Shown piece after piece: positions 13,031 through 26,158 of a stretch of DNA of 64,000 nt. How positions within the stretch are numbered: position 1 is the first letter of the stretch; each line of letters starts with the position of its first letter. Below the pieces are notes generated by a model. That model did no database searches, was not told the origin of the DNA, and saw nothing but the letters and a program-made list of their open reading frames with translations. Location of the stretch: contig OZ336881.1 of NCBI GenBank assembly GCA_965287045.1, forward strand, positions 37,944,001 through 38,008,000. Reading direction: 5' to 3'. The position numbers were made by a program, and so were the translations under genes. Origin of the DNA: Carcharhinus amblyrhynchos. Taxonomy: Eukaryota.

Positions 13031-13350
13031 ATAGAATCCTGACAGTGCAGAAGGAGGCCATTTGGCCCATCGAGTCTGCACCGACCATAATCCCACCCAG
13101 GCCCTATTCCCATAACCCCACACATATTTACCCTGCTAATCCCCTGACACTAGGGTCAATTTAGCATGGCCAATCAATCTACCCTTCACATCTTTGGAGT
13201 GTGGGAGGAAACCAGAACACCTGGAGGAAGCCCACGCAGACACGGGGAGAATGTGTAAACTCCAAACAGACAGTGACCTGAGACTGGAATTGAATCCGTG
13301 TCCCTGGAGCTGTGAGGCAGCAGTGCTAACCGCTATGCCACCGTGCCGCT
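13031..13350 (-). mobile_element. HE1-type V-SINE
   Basis: Full-length head, V core and CR1-like tail on minus strand. Confidence 0.9.
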
Positions 13351-14884
13351 CTTTTTCAAGCTCCTAAATTGTCACTCCACCTAAATACTACATTGAGGTT
13401 TGACAGTAAAATTAGAAGAGGGAAGAAAATAAAAATCATTTATCAGCGATGTGGAGAAATCGTGGAGTTACCGCTCCCCTGACTGGATAATTTCTATTCA
13501 CCTAAAGCAGTGAGAGCCGGTCACTCAGTTCCCATTAAACATAATTGTCATTTTTGAAATTTCTGAAGGGAAAGTGTTAATAGAATTCAAAGACAAGTAA
13601 CTATGGAATGACGTTCAACTATGAAGAGCACAGAACTAAAACATTCGGCTTTGGCTTACAGAATTTATCAGCTGCAGCATTTCAGCGAAGTGGGTTTTAA
13701 TTCACATTTTGGAGGTTAAAATAAAATTATTTAGGAATCTATAAAATATTTTATATCTGAGGCTCCTGAACTTAGTCTGATTAAGCTACTATTAATTGGA
13801 CTAGGGAAGATTTATAAGGTGTAATAGTTCACTGATCCCTGGCACTACGTTATTTTCTGTCTCTGATGTTTCAAATTTCCATTTATTTTTCTTGAAGGGA
13901 CCATAAAGCAGCATTTGCAAGAATTCCAAGGGTGGCTAGCAGTAAAAATGAAGAACAAATTGTGCAGTTAAGGTCAATTGCTAATAACGAGAGTAACTGC
14001 ACAGTCCAGACCCAATTTTTCCGTTAAGAAATACAAATTTATTTTGACATTTAGCCCAAATATTTTAATTGCAACTTTGCTTGCAAGAATTCAATAATCA
14101 CAGACTAAGGTCACAGAAGAAAAGCTTGCAAATTCACACCCATTATACCGGCTATTTGTATCACCTCTGTGAATGGGCATACTTTCGGGCTCACATGATA
14201 GATTAGTGACAATAAGCAACAATGCTTTGGTAGTACAAATAGCAAAGACACATTTGCAAAACAGTTGCATTTATCTTTTGTGATCACATTATCTCTCCAA
14301 CAGAAGTGGGCAACACATAAAATGTGTGCTAGAGAGAAGGGTCTAGGTTCTAGACATAGCTAGTTTTCAAACAGGAAAGGTTCATTGTAAATTGTGTGGT
14401 CCAATGACTGTCTTTTTTCTGACAAACATTTGGTGCTAGCTTCATGTTAGCCCAGTTCTTCCAAAAAGTGTCAGTCATCATTGGATTGCTGCTCCACTTG
14501 AGCATTTCCCTAACTTAAAGCTGCTCCATATTTCTTCATGGACTTTTTGAGCCCAGCTTTCCCAGAAATACGGAATGTGATATTCCTCCAAGAATTCTAT
14601 CACAGCAATGTAGACCCAAGAGGGAAAACAGAACACACCCCCTTTTTTACAACCGTATGCAAGCTTAACAATTCATTTTGAATATTTGCAAATGCGTGAC
14701 TGTTTAGGGTGGGAAGGTGGGAAATGAATCGGGTGGCTGAAGTAAATGGCTGAGATGATAAGTGGGTAGGGGCTTGAAATGGTAGGTGGCTGAGGTGGTT
14801 TGTAGGTGAGGTGAATGGTGGACAAAGGGATAAGTAGGTAGGGTGGAAGGTGAGGTAGAGTGGCAAGTATGTGAGATGATGTGC

Positions 14885-15170
14885 TCTTTTTCACGTTCTT
14901 GGGAAAGAGATACAAAAATCTGAGGTCATGAACCAACCGGCTCAAGAACAGCTTCTTCCCTGCTGCCATCAAACTTTTGAATGGACCTACCTCTTTTAAA
15001 TTAATCTCTCTCTACACCCTAGCTGTGACTGTAAAACTCCATTTTGCACTCTGTCCTTTCCTTCATCTATGAACGGTATGCTTTGTCTGTATAGTGTACA
15101 AGAAACAATACTTTTCACTCTATACTAATACATGTGACAATAATATATCAAATCAAATCAAAAATCAAAT
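14885..15170 (+). mobile_element. Rex1/Babar-like LINE 3' end
   Basis: GKRYKNLRS.TNRLKNSFFPAAIKLLN; tail 'cttttcactctatactaatacatgtgacaataa' plus (TCAAA)n. Confidence 0.8.
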
Positions 15171-17174
15171 TTAAAAAATGTCCGAGCTGGCAAGCGTGTG
15201 AGATAGTAATTGGTTTTAAGGAGTAGTCAAGCCGGATCGATTTCAGTCAGGTACAGAGGTAATCGAGTGGCTAGTCGGGTGACTGTTGGGATAGTGAGGT
15301 AGTCTGACCTGATCAGGGGGGAGTGGGGGTGAGCTTGGGAGGGCTGGTCAGGTCAGTAGGGTAGTGGGAGATCAGTGTGGATGACTATGGGGTTGGGGGT
15401 TAGGGGGAGTGGCATTGGCGGCAGAACCCAGGAGTCAGATTAGGTTTTAGTCTGTCTACCATATCCTGCATAATTATTCAGGCAGGTACCACAGAACTCA
15501 GAGTCCGAGACTCTGTGGGTTTGGGTAGGGGATGGGGGAATCCCAGGGTGAAGGGGAATTCGAAGTTGAAAGTTTCTGGGCAATTCCTACGAATCTCAGC
15601 TTGTAAGGGTTCCCTACATATCCTGATGTGTATGTATCACATACTTTGATGATTCGCACACTTGAAGATTTGGATCTTTTGTGGCAATTCCTATATGGAA
15701 GCAAATAATACTTTTCATCTCATCAAAATTACAGAACTTGGACAAACTTAAAGTTAAAATTCTGCATACGGCTGCACAAGGTTACTGACATGTATGCTTA
15801 TACCTGTGAGATTGTACACCTGTGAATACAACGTCTAGTATCTGCCTGCTGACCTTGGAATTCTAATATAGGATGTCTACCAATCCACTGAAATGACCAA
15901 TGTGCTAAAATATGTACGTTACCTTATCATGCCTGTATTTACAAAATACAATTCGAGCTGTTATAAATCCTCACATACGTTCATATAGCTCATATCCATC
16001 GTTATGCATTTATATACTTGCAGAGTGTGTAGCAGAGCCCAACTCTAATTAAAATAGACACCTGCAACTATAACAATGGAGAAAATGTATGCATTTACCA
16101 CATATTGATCAAGAAACAAATATAAATGAAAAAGTATCATCCATCTATTCTCGACTGGAGCTGGAAACGCGATCAAACCCAAATGGCTTCAATAGAATTA
16201 AAACATAAAATAATATTCTATAAGCAGCAGGGTGAATAAATATTTCACAACAAAACAGAAACCCTCTTTGATGCAATACACAGTTTACCTTTTTAACCAG
16301 AAAAGCTTCAATATGCAAGCTTTCAATAAACAGCTGTAGTGAGCTAAAGAAAGGATATTAATTACGAGTAGGATTTGGTCTGATTCAGTCTTGTACATAA
16401 GACAAAAGGTTAAGTAAATGGCAAGGTAGGTCTGCTTAATCAAACAATGGATATTAGTTTCAGATTCATTAATGCCTGCTGAGAAAACAGAGTAAAATTG
16501 GAATCTTGATTGCTGGAAAATCAGAGAACAGAGCTGCTTCTATTCAATCTATATCTAAATTAGCCTCATAAGAGGGCTAAGAGTACACAATTAACAGTGT
16601 TAGGTGGAGCAACTGGGAATGCCACCTTCTCGAGATTGAGATCACGCTCTTTTTGGAATTGGTGTCTTTAAACAATTAATAGTAATATGCAGCGTTTTAA
16701 TATTAGAAAAAGGGCTCCTAATAATAACCTAAATAGTCTTAACAAACCTGTGCAATTAGAATCCCTTGCCCCATTAAAAGCAGTTCACTTTGGCAATAAA
16801 TAGAGCACAGATCTAGAGGTGTTCACATTACAAGGAGAATTGAGCAGTTGATCATTATTAACATGTATGATTAATGGGAAATGCTCATTGTCAAAATCGA
16901 TTAATCCTTTCAAAAATCACATTGGATGTGAAGACACAAAGTATTCGTGTTACCTCTTATTTTTATAACCCAGATAGTGCTCATTGCTCCTGTGGGCTGA
17001 TGAAGCTGAGTTTGAAGTTTTACTTACAGACCCACTCCTAAGTATCTAACTGTGTCTGTGATCCAAGTCAGAGACACCATCAAAAGTTATGTTTTAATTA
17101 TCTCAATGGAGTTCAACTAACTGTCAGATTCACAGAAACAAGTAGCTAAATTTTAGTTTTACACTTCTGCTGCA

Positions 17175-18066
17175 GGACTAGCAAAGCAGAGGACCTGACT
17201 AACAGCCCAGAGGACGTGAGTTCAAGTTCCAACATGGCAACTTGATCATTTGAATTCACATTTTTTAAAAATCTGGACAAGTAAACTACCATTAGTAAAA
17301 GTGACTGGGAGGCCTGATGGACTGTCCTAAAAATATAGTTCACTAATATCCTTTAGGGATGGATGAGGAGAAACTAATTCCTTTAAAGGGTGGTGAATCT
17401 GTGGAATTTGTACCCCAGACTGCAGTGGATGCTGGGACACTGAGTAAATTTAACGAGGCTTTAGACATTTTTAATTAGTAGTGGGTTGAAAGGTTATGGA
17501 GAATGGGCAGTAAAGTGAAGTTGAGGGCTGAGATAAGATTAACCATGATTGTATTGAATGGCAGAGCAGGTTTGAGGAGCTGAATTGCCTATTTCCGTTC
17601 CTAGTTCTTATATAAGTCTACCTGGCTGGTCTATAACACCAATAAGCTTTAAAACCTGTAAACACATAAACTAATTGAAAGCATCTTAAAGGGACTTTAA
17701 CAAAAAAAGCAGAAATTTAATATATTTAATTAAAATATTGTTTTCAGGGCAGATGATGCACTTTGGTGAGTGTCCATCAATTGAGAAGGCCTCAAGCATA
17801 GTGGTGGACACTCAAGTGCAAGCCTAGTCGCAGAAGAAGGGCAGATAGTCGGGTCCAACAACGCCCTCAGAAGGCCACCTTGACCAGTTTGATTTATGTA
17901 TGGGACCAATGTAGATGACTCTCAACTGTTCCCTAAAGTGGCCTATCAAACCACTCAATTGTTTCAGAAGACGGTCCACCATTACCACCATCTCAGGGCA
18001 ATTAGGGATGGGCAATAAATGCTGATCAATTGCCAACAGTGCTCATCTCCTGAGAATGAATAAATA
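17175..18066 (+). mobile_element. Type C tRNA-derived SINE pieces, interrupted by a CR1 3' fragment (~17362-17612)
   Basis: Segments match 19888-20250; tail 'agggcaattagggatgggcaataaatgctg'; CR1 piece ends 'cctatttccgttcctagttcttat'. Confidence 0.65.
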
Positions 18067-19887
18067 AACTCAGCTTACTCTGAAGCTCAAAATGAACTTT
18101 TTTTTATCATAATGTTAATATTTCATTCTAAATTTCTTAATTGGCAAGACTGTAATGACATAATGGCTCAGGAATGAGGAAGCAGTGAATGTGCTCCCAT
18201 TGACTGGACAGTTCAAAATGTTAGGGTATGCGCCAGACCTCATAAGACAACTAACATAAATTCAGATGTATTTGTTCATTTCATTCACCTGTATTTTTGC
18301 TTTTTTGGACATTTATGAATAAGGCATTTACAGAAGGGTTAGAGTACCTGTTAATAGTACAAACATTGGTGTAGTGCTAGAGAAATACTTTAATTTCATT
18401 ACAACAAAGTGCTTTAGGTTTTTTCCCAATTGTGTAAGTGAAAATATTTATCTTCTGCCAAAAACCATGACAAAATATTTTTAGAGCGCACAAAAAGTTT
18501 ATTGAATGTCAAGAGTATGCCAAAGTCAGAATGAGTAATCAGACAGTTGAATTCATCAATTCTTATATCAATATCTTATGATGCAGTAGTATCAGATGTG
18601 AACATTCACAGAATGTTGAATTATTTGTGGCATATGTTGAGTGTTAAATTACACTAAGGTATTTAACATGTTTTAAGTTGAAATGTTAGCCTGTTTAAAT
18701 ATTACAGTACAATCAAATATTGCATTCATATATTGCACAGTCGGGGTGCATTAATGTTTGCTCGATATACAGCATTAATACACATTGTAAGTATTATTTT
18801 AAAAATGATGCCTAATCATATGGCTATACTTTTATATCCTAATCATTGAGTGGAAGAGCATGTTTGCTAAAACAGTATTATGATTTTATAGTGTAATTGT
18901 CAAATACAATGGCTAGATTTACAATGTCCTCACACTGTCTTTTGTATTGGCGTGACACTTAAACAATGGCAGGACTTGCCCAGTTCCATCAGATGATGGT
19001 CAGTAATTGAGAAAGTGTCTGCCAGTGCCACACAGTCATATACATAACATGAACAGCATCATCAATCAACAACAATAATGACATAATGACATCGTTGGTT
19101 TAGCAAGCAATCAGACCTCAGTCTGAACCATCAGTAGGCCATCTTGTTCATTATTGGAGGGGGAAACCTATGATTTATTAACCTTTTGCTGGGGGAAGTT
19201 ATTGTATCTGAAATCACTTGTCTGTCATTATCCACATTTTACATGTTCTCAGTTCAGCTCTGACAAATTCAATTGTAGAAATCATTTTTTTAAATGGACA
19301 GAGCAACAGCTGACAGCATTTTACCGGTGTTGTCAAGAAAGAAGTTGCTCATTTTTGTTTCCCCTTCAGAATGATAACTTTACATTCAAATGTCAATCAT
19401 CCCTCACAATGAATGTGACCCAACCTTACAATGTCCTAATAAGTACATGAGAGTCACCGGAGTTCCTACATTCTTCTCCAAATCATTGACTATAATCTGT
19501 GTCCTGACTGGGAAATTCCTAGTGAAATGTCATCTCTGCAGGCAGGATCTTTGGAATTGTTTGGGAAAGGGGTGACTGGAGTGCATATTTTTTTCACTGA
19601 GTAGCATGAGAAGTAAAAGAGTTATTTATCTATATATATATGATTTAGAAAAGTGAGTAGATTTGTAATGAAAGATTTAAAATGTCACGTGGAAAATTAT
19701 TTTAGTAATTAACAATTAGTGTTTTATGTTAGAAATCTATGGAAGTGAATTGGTGATTTGGTGGTTAGTATTCCCAATCTGAGTCAGCATAGCAAAGAAC
19801 ACATTGAATTTCCAGAGTTTGCGGGAATCATCATATGCTTCCAAATATTGACTTGACCAGTGCTTACATTAACTTCCTGTAATACTA

Positions 19888-20250
19888 GGGAGGTGATGGA
19901 CTAGTGGTATTATCACTAGACTATTAATACAGAAACTCAGCTAATGTTCTGGGGAGCCGGGTTCGAATCCCGCTACAACAGGTGACGAAATTTGTATGCA
20001 ATAAAATATATCTGGAATTAAGAATTCATTGATGACCACGAAACTATTGTCGATTGTTGGAAAAACCCATCTGGTTCACTAATGTCCTTTATGGAAGGAA
20101 TTCTGCCATCGTTACCTGGTCTGGCCTACATCTGACTCCAGAGGCACAGAAATGTGATTGACTCTTAATTGCCCTCCAAGGACAACTGGGAATGGGCAAT
20201 ACATGCTGGTCAATCAACAACACTCATGTTCCCCAAGAATGAATAAAAAG
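19888..20250 (+). mobile_element. Type C tRNA-derived SINE
   Basis: A-box 'tggactagtgg', B-box 'ggttcgaatcc', core 'ccatctggttcactaatgtccttta', tail shared with the LINE at 12075-12835. Confidence 0.85.
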
Positions 20251-20867
20251 AATTAGGCCATACTGTGAAAGGTTGTAACACGTTGATGGATTTAGGGGTA
20301 AACCCTGCTCTAGACAGTTCTGACAGGTGGAGATTGGAACTCTGGGTGGGGCACTGTCCAGTGGGTGTAGGTGGCCTCCTTCAGTGATGAGTAATGGGAT
20401 CCCTGAAATCCTCACTGTGCAGAGGATCAACCACTAAATGCCACAGTGAAAAGAGGCAATTTGTCTCTCAATCAGGTTACACTCCAACAAAATAAACAAA
20501 TCTATTCAACCCTGAGTTTTTTTTAATAAATGCAGAGAATGTTTTAGAGTCATTTCTTAGTATTTTCTTTTTAAGATTTGTTCTTACTCGCCCTCAGTTA
20601 ACTGCATTGTCTTATGTAAGTCTGACAAATGGTGTCACCATGACAGAGTATTAGAGAGGAGAAAAATCTGCAGGGTCCTGCTCCTGGCAACAGTCCAATG
20701 GTTTCCATTGGAAATTAGGACTTTAAGAAGGAATTCAACATTGTGATGGTGAAAAGTGCAAAAATAACAAACTCAAAGAGGTGTCCGACTGTAAACGTTA
20801 TAGATGAATAGGAAGTGCAATGGGACTTCCATTGTCAAAAGGTAAAACATCTGAAATTTCGAAAAGG

Positions 20868-21272
20868 AAGAAATTGCATTTGTATAGTGCCTTCATATGC
20901 TGGCGGTACTGGATCCAAAGCACTTTTGTGGGATCCCTATTATTATGAAAGCAAACATAGCAGTCAACTAGTGCACGAAGAAGTCACATGGACATCACAT
21001 GAATGAATGAGTGAATGAGCAGATAATCTGCTTGGTTGAGAGAGAAATGTTGCCTGGGTCATCAAGAGAACTCTCTGCTTTCCTTTGGATGGCTATTGGG
21101 GATGACATGAGAATTGCAGATCTCAGTTTAAGGTTTTGTTTGGGAAACAGTACCTCCCTCAGTAGTGTATGGCAATGGCAGCAGTCTAGAATATGCACGT
21201 AAGTCTGTAGGGGGCTTAAACCCACAACTTTTGATGCAGAGGTGAGAATGTTGCCAACTGAGCCAAGCTGAC
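20868..21272 (-). mobile_element. Deu-domain SINE, decayed
   Basis: Minus strand: head 'cagcttggctcagttggcaacattctcacctctg', Deu-like core, L2-like tail. Confidence 0.7.
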
Positions 21273-21536
21273 ACTGACATCTGAAATTTCAATTAAGTAT
21301 TGAACAAGCTGCAGACAGGCTTTCAGACCGTCACCTCACACCATTCAATTCAGTGATCGTTTCACGTCAGGAAACTGCATCAAAGTTAAAGGTGTTAAAT
21401 GTCATCTAAAGGTTGAATTAAATGAAACATATTCCATTTCTCCTTTTTGTTGCATCAGTCCCTACACTCACCATTATCCTGCCCTATCTTTCCTCCCCTA
21501 CTTGTCAAACCCCTGCCCTCTCCTAGAATTTTCTCA

Positions 21537-22115
21537 TGATGTGGATCCTGAGGCATGGTACATTGGCGAGACCATGCAGACATTACAACAAAGGATGAAC
21601 AGACAACGGGCGACAATCGCCAGGCAGGAGTGTTCCCTTCCTGTCGGGGAACACTTCAGCAGTCAAGAGCATTCAGTTTTCGATCTTCGGATAAGTGTTC
21701 TTCAAATTGGCCTTCAAGACACATGACAATGCAAAATCGCTGAGCAGAAACTGATAGCCAAGTTCCGCACACACGAGGACAGCATCAACCGAGATCTTGC
21801 GTTCATGTCGCACTACGTGTAACTCCCACCATTTGGCCTGAGCTTGCAGAATCTTACTAACTATCCAGGCTTGAGACAATTCACACCTCTTTAACCTGTG
21901 ATTCTCCCTCTCTTCACTTGCACTGTCTGTATCCGTAAAGACTTGATTACTGAAAAGACTCACTTTCCAACAATTATCTTCCAATTGTGTCTGTCTATAT
22001 ATGCTGTGTTTGTGAAATCTACCTCTCCACTCACCTGACAAAGGAATAGTGCTCTGAAAGCTCTCAATTCCAAATAATCCTGTTGGACTTTAACCAGACG
22101 TTGTGAGACTTCTTA
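21537..22115 (+). mobile_element. 5'-truncated Penelope-like element (GIY-YIG C-terminus + 3' repeat) with TSD
   Basis: WYIGETMQTLQQRMN...PVGEHFS; similar to 53990-54563; TSD ctagaat(t/c)ttctca at 21523-21536 and 22116-22129. Confidence 0.9.
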
Positions 22116-23443
22116 CTAGAATCTTCTCAGCATTTGCATCACCAGACGGCAGATTTTTGGCTATTTCTTGTTCTTGTCTTTTTTGCGCTGCCCTTCCAGG
22201 TGTGTCTTTCCTTTATCAATGTCCTCAGTGCTGCCTCAGCTCTTGAACACCTTCACACCTTATGCTGCCTAAAATCTTTTCACTGCTGACCTCCTGCCAT
22301 TGCCCTCTGCTTTTTCATCTGTTCTGTGGGCGATGCACTTGTCTTCCTGGCTTGGATTCTCACTTCGGTCCGCAGCTTGTCGTCAACATTATCTCTCTTT
22401 TCCTTCTTTGGTCTCTTCCTCCTTTCAAAATTGGATTTCCACTATTCTTGTCAACTCCTCAAAATAGCCACAAGCAGAATCTTGAGGCCTGATCTGTGAT
22501 ACACTTACAAGTCGCCTGCACCTGACTTATTACATACATTACACTTGCGCCCTCAGAATCCATTACTGATAGTGTGTTATGCTATGCGTGAGATACCATC
22601 ATTACATGAGTCCATTTATTTTCTTATCCTCAGCAACACACTTGGGAAGCAAACCGTAGAGTCAACTGAACAGATCTGTGTACAGCAGAGAAATTAAATC
22701 ACATCTCATTCACAGGTACCTCATTATTTTAGAAAACCATGGATGCATATAATAGAGAATTAACATCGAAAGCTAAATCCATGTAAAGTTTCAGCAATTT
22801 AAGTTCCACTTACATTTTTATCAGAAACAAATCAATGTATTGAAATAATTCATCTGTATTATTTTGCTTAAAGCAATGCATGCACTTCAAATAAAGGCAA
22901 ATGATAATTTATTTGATGTATACCGAGGTTCTACATTTTTAATCAGTTTAAGGGATGATTTTCTGAATGCTGTATATCCTTCTGCAGTATCTGGCCTGCT
23001 GGAAAAGCACAACAGAAAACCACAGGTAAACTCTCTGCACCTCATTCCTTACATTAAACTGCACACTTCTCCGCCACCACCATCACCAACTGCCCCCGTC
23101 CCCAGGCACCCCCTCCCTCTCCCTCCACCCTGACTTCCCACTGTTTTAACCAGACAAATTCTGATATGGGAGAGCTGTCCACACCACTAACACGCTGAAG
23201 TCATAATCCATGTTGGCATCACCACACTATTGTAACTTTAGGAAGAAACAAAGTCACCACTGAAACCTCACATAAGGCAGGAGAGTGTTCGGAATGGGAC
23301 AAGGGAAATATTTTTCTCATTCGTTCCTGTGATGTTTCTTTATGAGTTGTGAGGAGCAGAACTGTTTCTCAGGCTGCTACACAGTACCCGTGGCCTCTAA
23401 ACTCAGGCCTCCTCTCCTAGATCCTGTCACTGTGCTGCCCCTA

Positions 23444-23755
23444 GGGGCAGCATGGTGGCACAGTGGTTAGCACTGCTGCCTCACAGTGCCAGGAACCTAG
23501 GTTCAATTCCCTGGTTGGGTTACTGTCTGTGCAGAGTTTGCACGTTCTCTTGGTGTCTGCGTGGGTTTCCTCCGGGTGCTCTGGTTTACTCCCATATTCC
23601 AAAAGACATGCTGATTAGGTGCATTGACCATGCTAACTTCTCCCTCAGTGTATCTGAACAGGCACCGCAGTGTGGCGCGTAGGGTATTTTGACAGTGACT
23701 TCATTGAGGTATTAATGTAAGCTTACTTGTGATATTAATAAATAAACTTTAAATT
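23444..23755 (+). mobile_element. V-SINE with type B tail
   Basis: 'ggggcagcatggtggcacagtggttagc' head, V core, tail 'taatgtaagcttacttgtgatattaataaataaact'. Confidence 0.9.
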
Positions 23756-24351
23756 TTAGACCCTCACTGGTGCTTGGCTCCTGATTCCTTTCTCAATTCT
23801 GCCTGCTGGTGTTGAAATTAGTCTCCAGCTTCCAGCTGGAAGTAGTTAAAATTGTCTAGGTCTCATACTTGGAAGTCCACCTGCTTTGGCCCCTGCAACC
23901 CTAATTCCCAGCCTCAGGCTTTTACTTCCCAGCAGAATTCACTGGATAGCAATTGGACAGAGTTCTGACTGCAATTTCCACTCATTGCCAAGATCCTATA
24001 TAAGGATTAAAATTCAACCTCATTTCACCTATTTTAGAATTTCACAAGGTACAGTTTGACAGATCAATAGCAGCCCCCCACAAATACCCTAAAAATCTCC
24101 AATGCAAAATTGAGTTCTGCTGTATTTTAGTTGCCCTTGACAGCCACCTAAAACTTGTGTCCTGTGTGAATTAGGGACTAAATGCCTGTTTCTCTCACAG
24201 AATTGCACAGAGTAGGTGTATTTGCTATTGGATATTTGAGTAGTTCCTTCATTGTTGCTGAGTCACAATCCTGGAAACCCCCTTGAGTCACTGTCTGTGC
24301 AGAGTTTGCACATTCTCCCTGTGTCATAGCATTATGGACATAGCTATACTA

Positions 24352-24536
24352 GGGCTGGAAGTCTCCCGCCTCCCAGCCGTGCATTTTCCGCTGGCAGTTG
24401 TTTGCTAATGATGGGATTCTCTGGCCCCGCTGCTGTCCATGGGAATCCCACACCAGCAGGAAACCCACGGGTGGGGGTGTGCTGCTGGCGGGACTGGAGA
24501 ATCCCACCGGCGTGAACGGCTGGAGAATTCTGGCCC
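24352..24536. mobile_element. Harbinger-type MITE inserted into a LINE 3' tail
   Basis: TIRs gggctggaagtctcc / ggagaattctggccc; CpG-rich; right flank continues as the tail of the 12075-12835 family. Confidence 0.75.
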
Positions 24537-26041
24537 ACATGGACTGCAGTGGTTCATGAAGCAGCTCACCGTCACCTTCTCAAAGGCAATTAAGTATGGA
24601 CAATAAATATTGGTCTAGCCAGTGCTGCCTGCATCCCATGAATAAATTTTAAAACAGTGTCACGACCAAAGAAGCAACCACCAACAAAAGGTAGGTTTTG
24701 ATATTATAAATGTAGCACACCACCCTCTAGAGGCAGAACGAGCAGGTTTTGTTTTTCTCTTGGATAGAAACTGAGCACGCCTGAAAGCCACTGACAACTG
24801 GGATTGGCTGTTTTTCCTGCATTCTTCCCTCCCCACCAGTAGGGATAGAGGCCTTCATTTCATTGCTGCAAAGGAAGAGCTGCCTGGGGAGGCGCTATGG
24901 GTGTTTGTCTGGATTCTGCAGATGAGGCAATTTTGGGCCATTCTCCAGTCTCTTGGATCAGGCAAATGTTATAACTACATCATCACTTTCACACCTGGAA
25001 ATAATTTTACTGTGCCCATCCCAGTCCAACACGGGCATCTTCGCATACCTTTAAGTCCCAGCCAACAAACACCCCTCCTGTTCATTTTCAGCTGAGACCA
25101 AGTAACTTAACAAAGAGCAGGAGTTAAACTTATGAATCTCTTGCTCTGTTTGATTTAATGTCACATAGCATTGTACATTGACCCGCTAAGCCATCAGGGC
25201 AACTGCAAGCATTACATTTTCATCAAGCACGGGGAACAGAATGGTCCAGAGTAATTGGAATAAATATTACCCTCACTTGTCCCCAAGTCTAACTATCACT
25301 TTGTATTAATCCATATATGGCATCAAGATAGCATTAGAGACTCACAAGAGATAACTTAGCATTTGAAAGTGAAAACATAAATTCATTTTTTGTGTGTAAC
25401 CTTCAAACAGTACTGCCCAGTTCTGATGAAGGTATATGCCTGAAATGCAGGCTGTCTTTCTGCCTGAGGTCTTGATCTATTTACTGCGCATAAGCAATAT
25501 TTATCTTTATTCTTTCACTGGATGGGACTGTAGCTGGTTAGGCCAATATTTGTTGTCCATCACTAATTGTCTTTGAGAAGGTGGTAGTGAGCAAAGTCCA
25601 AAAGAAAGGCCTTTGGGTCCTAGGCTCAACTCGCATCTACTGTCTTTGTTTACCAATAACACAGCCCTGCTCTCAGAGTGGCCACCACTGACTCATTGTG
25701 CTCAGTGTGGGACAGATACCGTGCTCCAGGATCAATTTCCAGTTGTTGAGATCCAATTGTTCTGGAGCAAGAGCCTGAGGCCATTTGGCCATGAGTCAGG
25801 GTGCATTCTGGGTGATTCTGGTCCCTCTTTGGCCACACTTTCACCTCCTGCTTAAGTGCTGACCCACTAAACGATTATAGATGTCAAAATATTGACTGAG
25901 CCAGGGAGGCCTGATGAAGTGGTAGCTGATGCAACAGCGAGGTCCAAGGCAGCTGGAGTGTTAGACAGGGCAGTGAGGAAGCATGTCATGCCATCCTGAA
26001 CTCCCCCTCAGTGATATTTATCACCATTAATACACCGATAA

Positions 26042-26158
26042 TGGTCGGAATTCTTCAGTCTTGCACACCCTGTTACCACTGCCTGCGAGAATGGAGAATT
26101 TGGCAGTCGGTGGGGGTGGAAAATCCCAAATGCAGATGAGGTCGGAGAATTCCGGCCA
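26042..26158. mobile_element. Harbinger-type MITE
   Basis: TIRs tggtcggaattcttc / ggagaattccggcca. Confidence 0.7.

Noticed and set aside
23452-23682. MVAQWLALLPHS-type ORFs and tRNA-like sequences
   Set aside because: SINE heads with A/B boxes; not proteins and not complete tRNA cloverleaves.
25600-25860. Harbinger transposase C-terminal remnant
   Set aside because: Only a weak RTIG-like motif; too degenerate to support.
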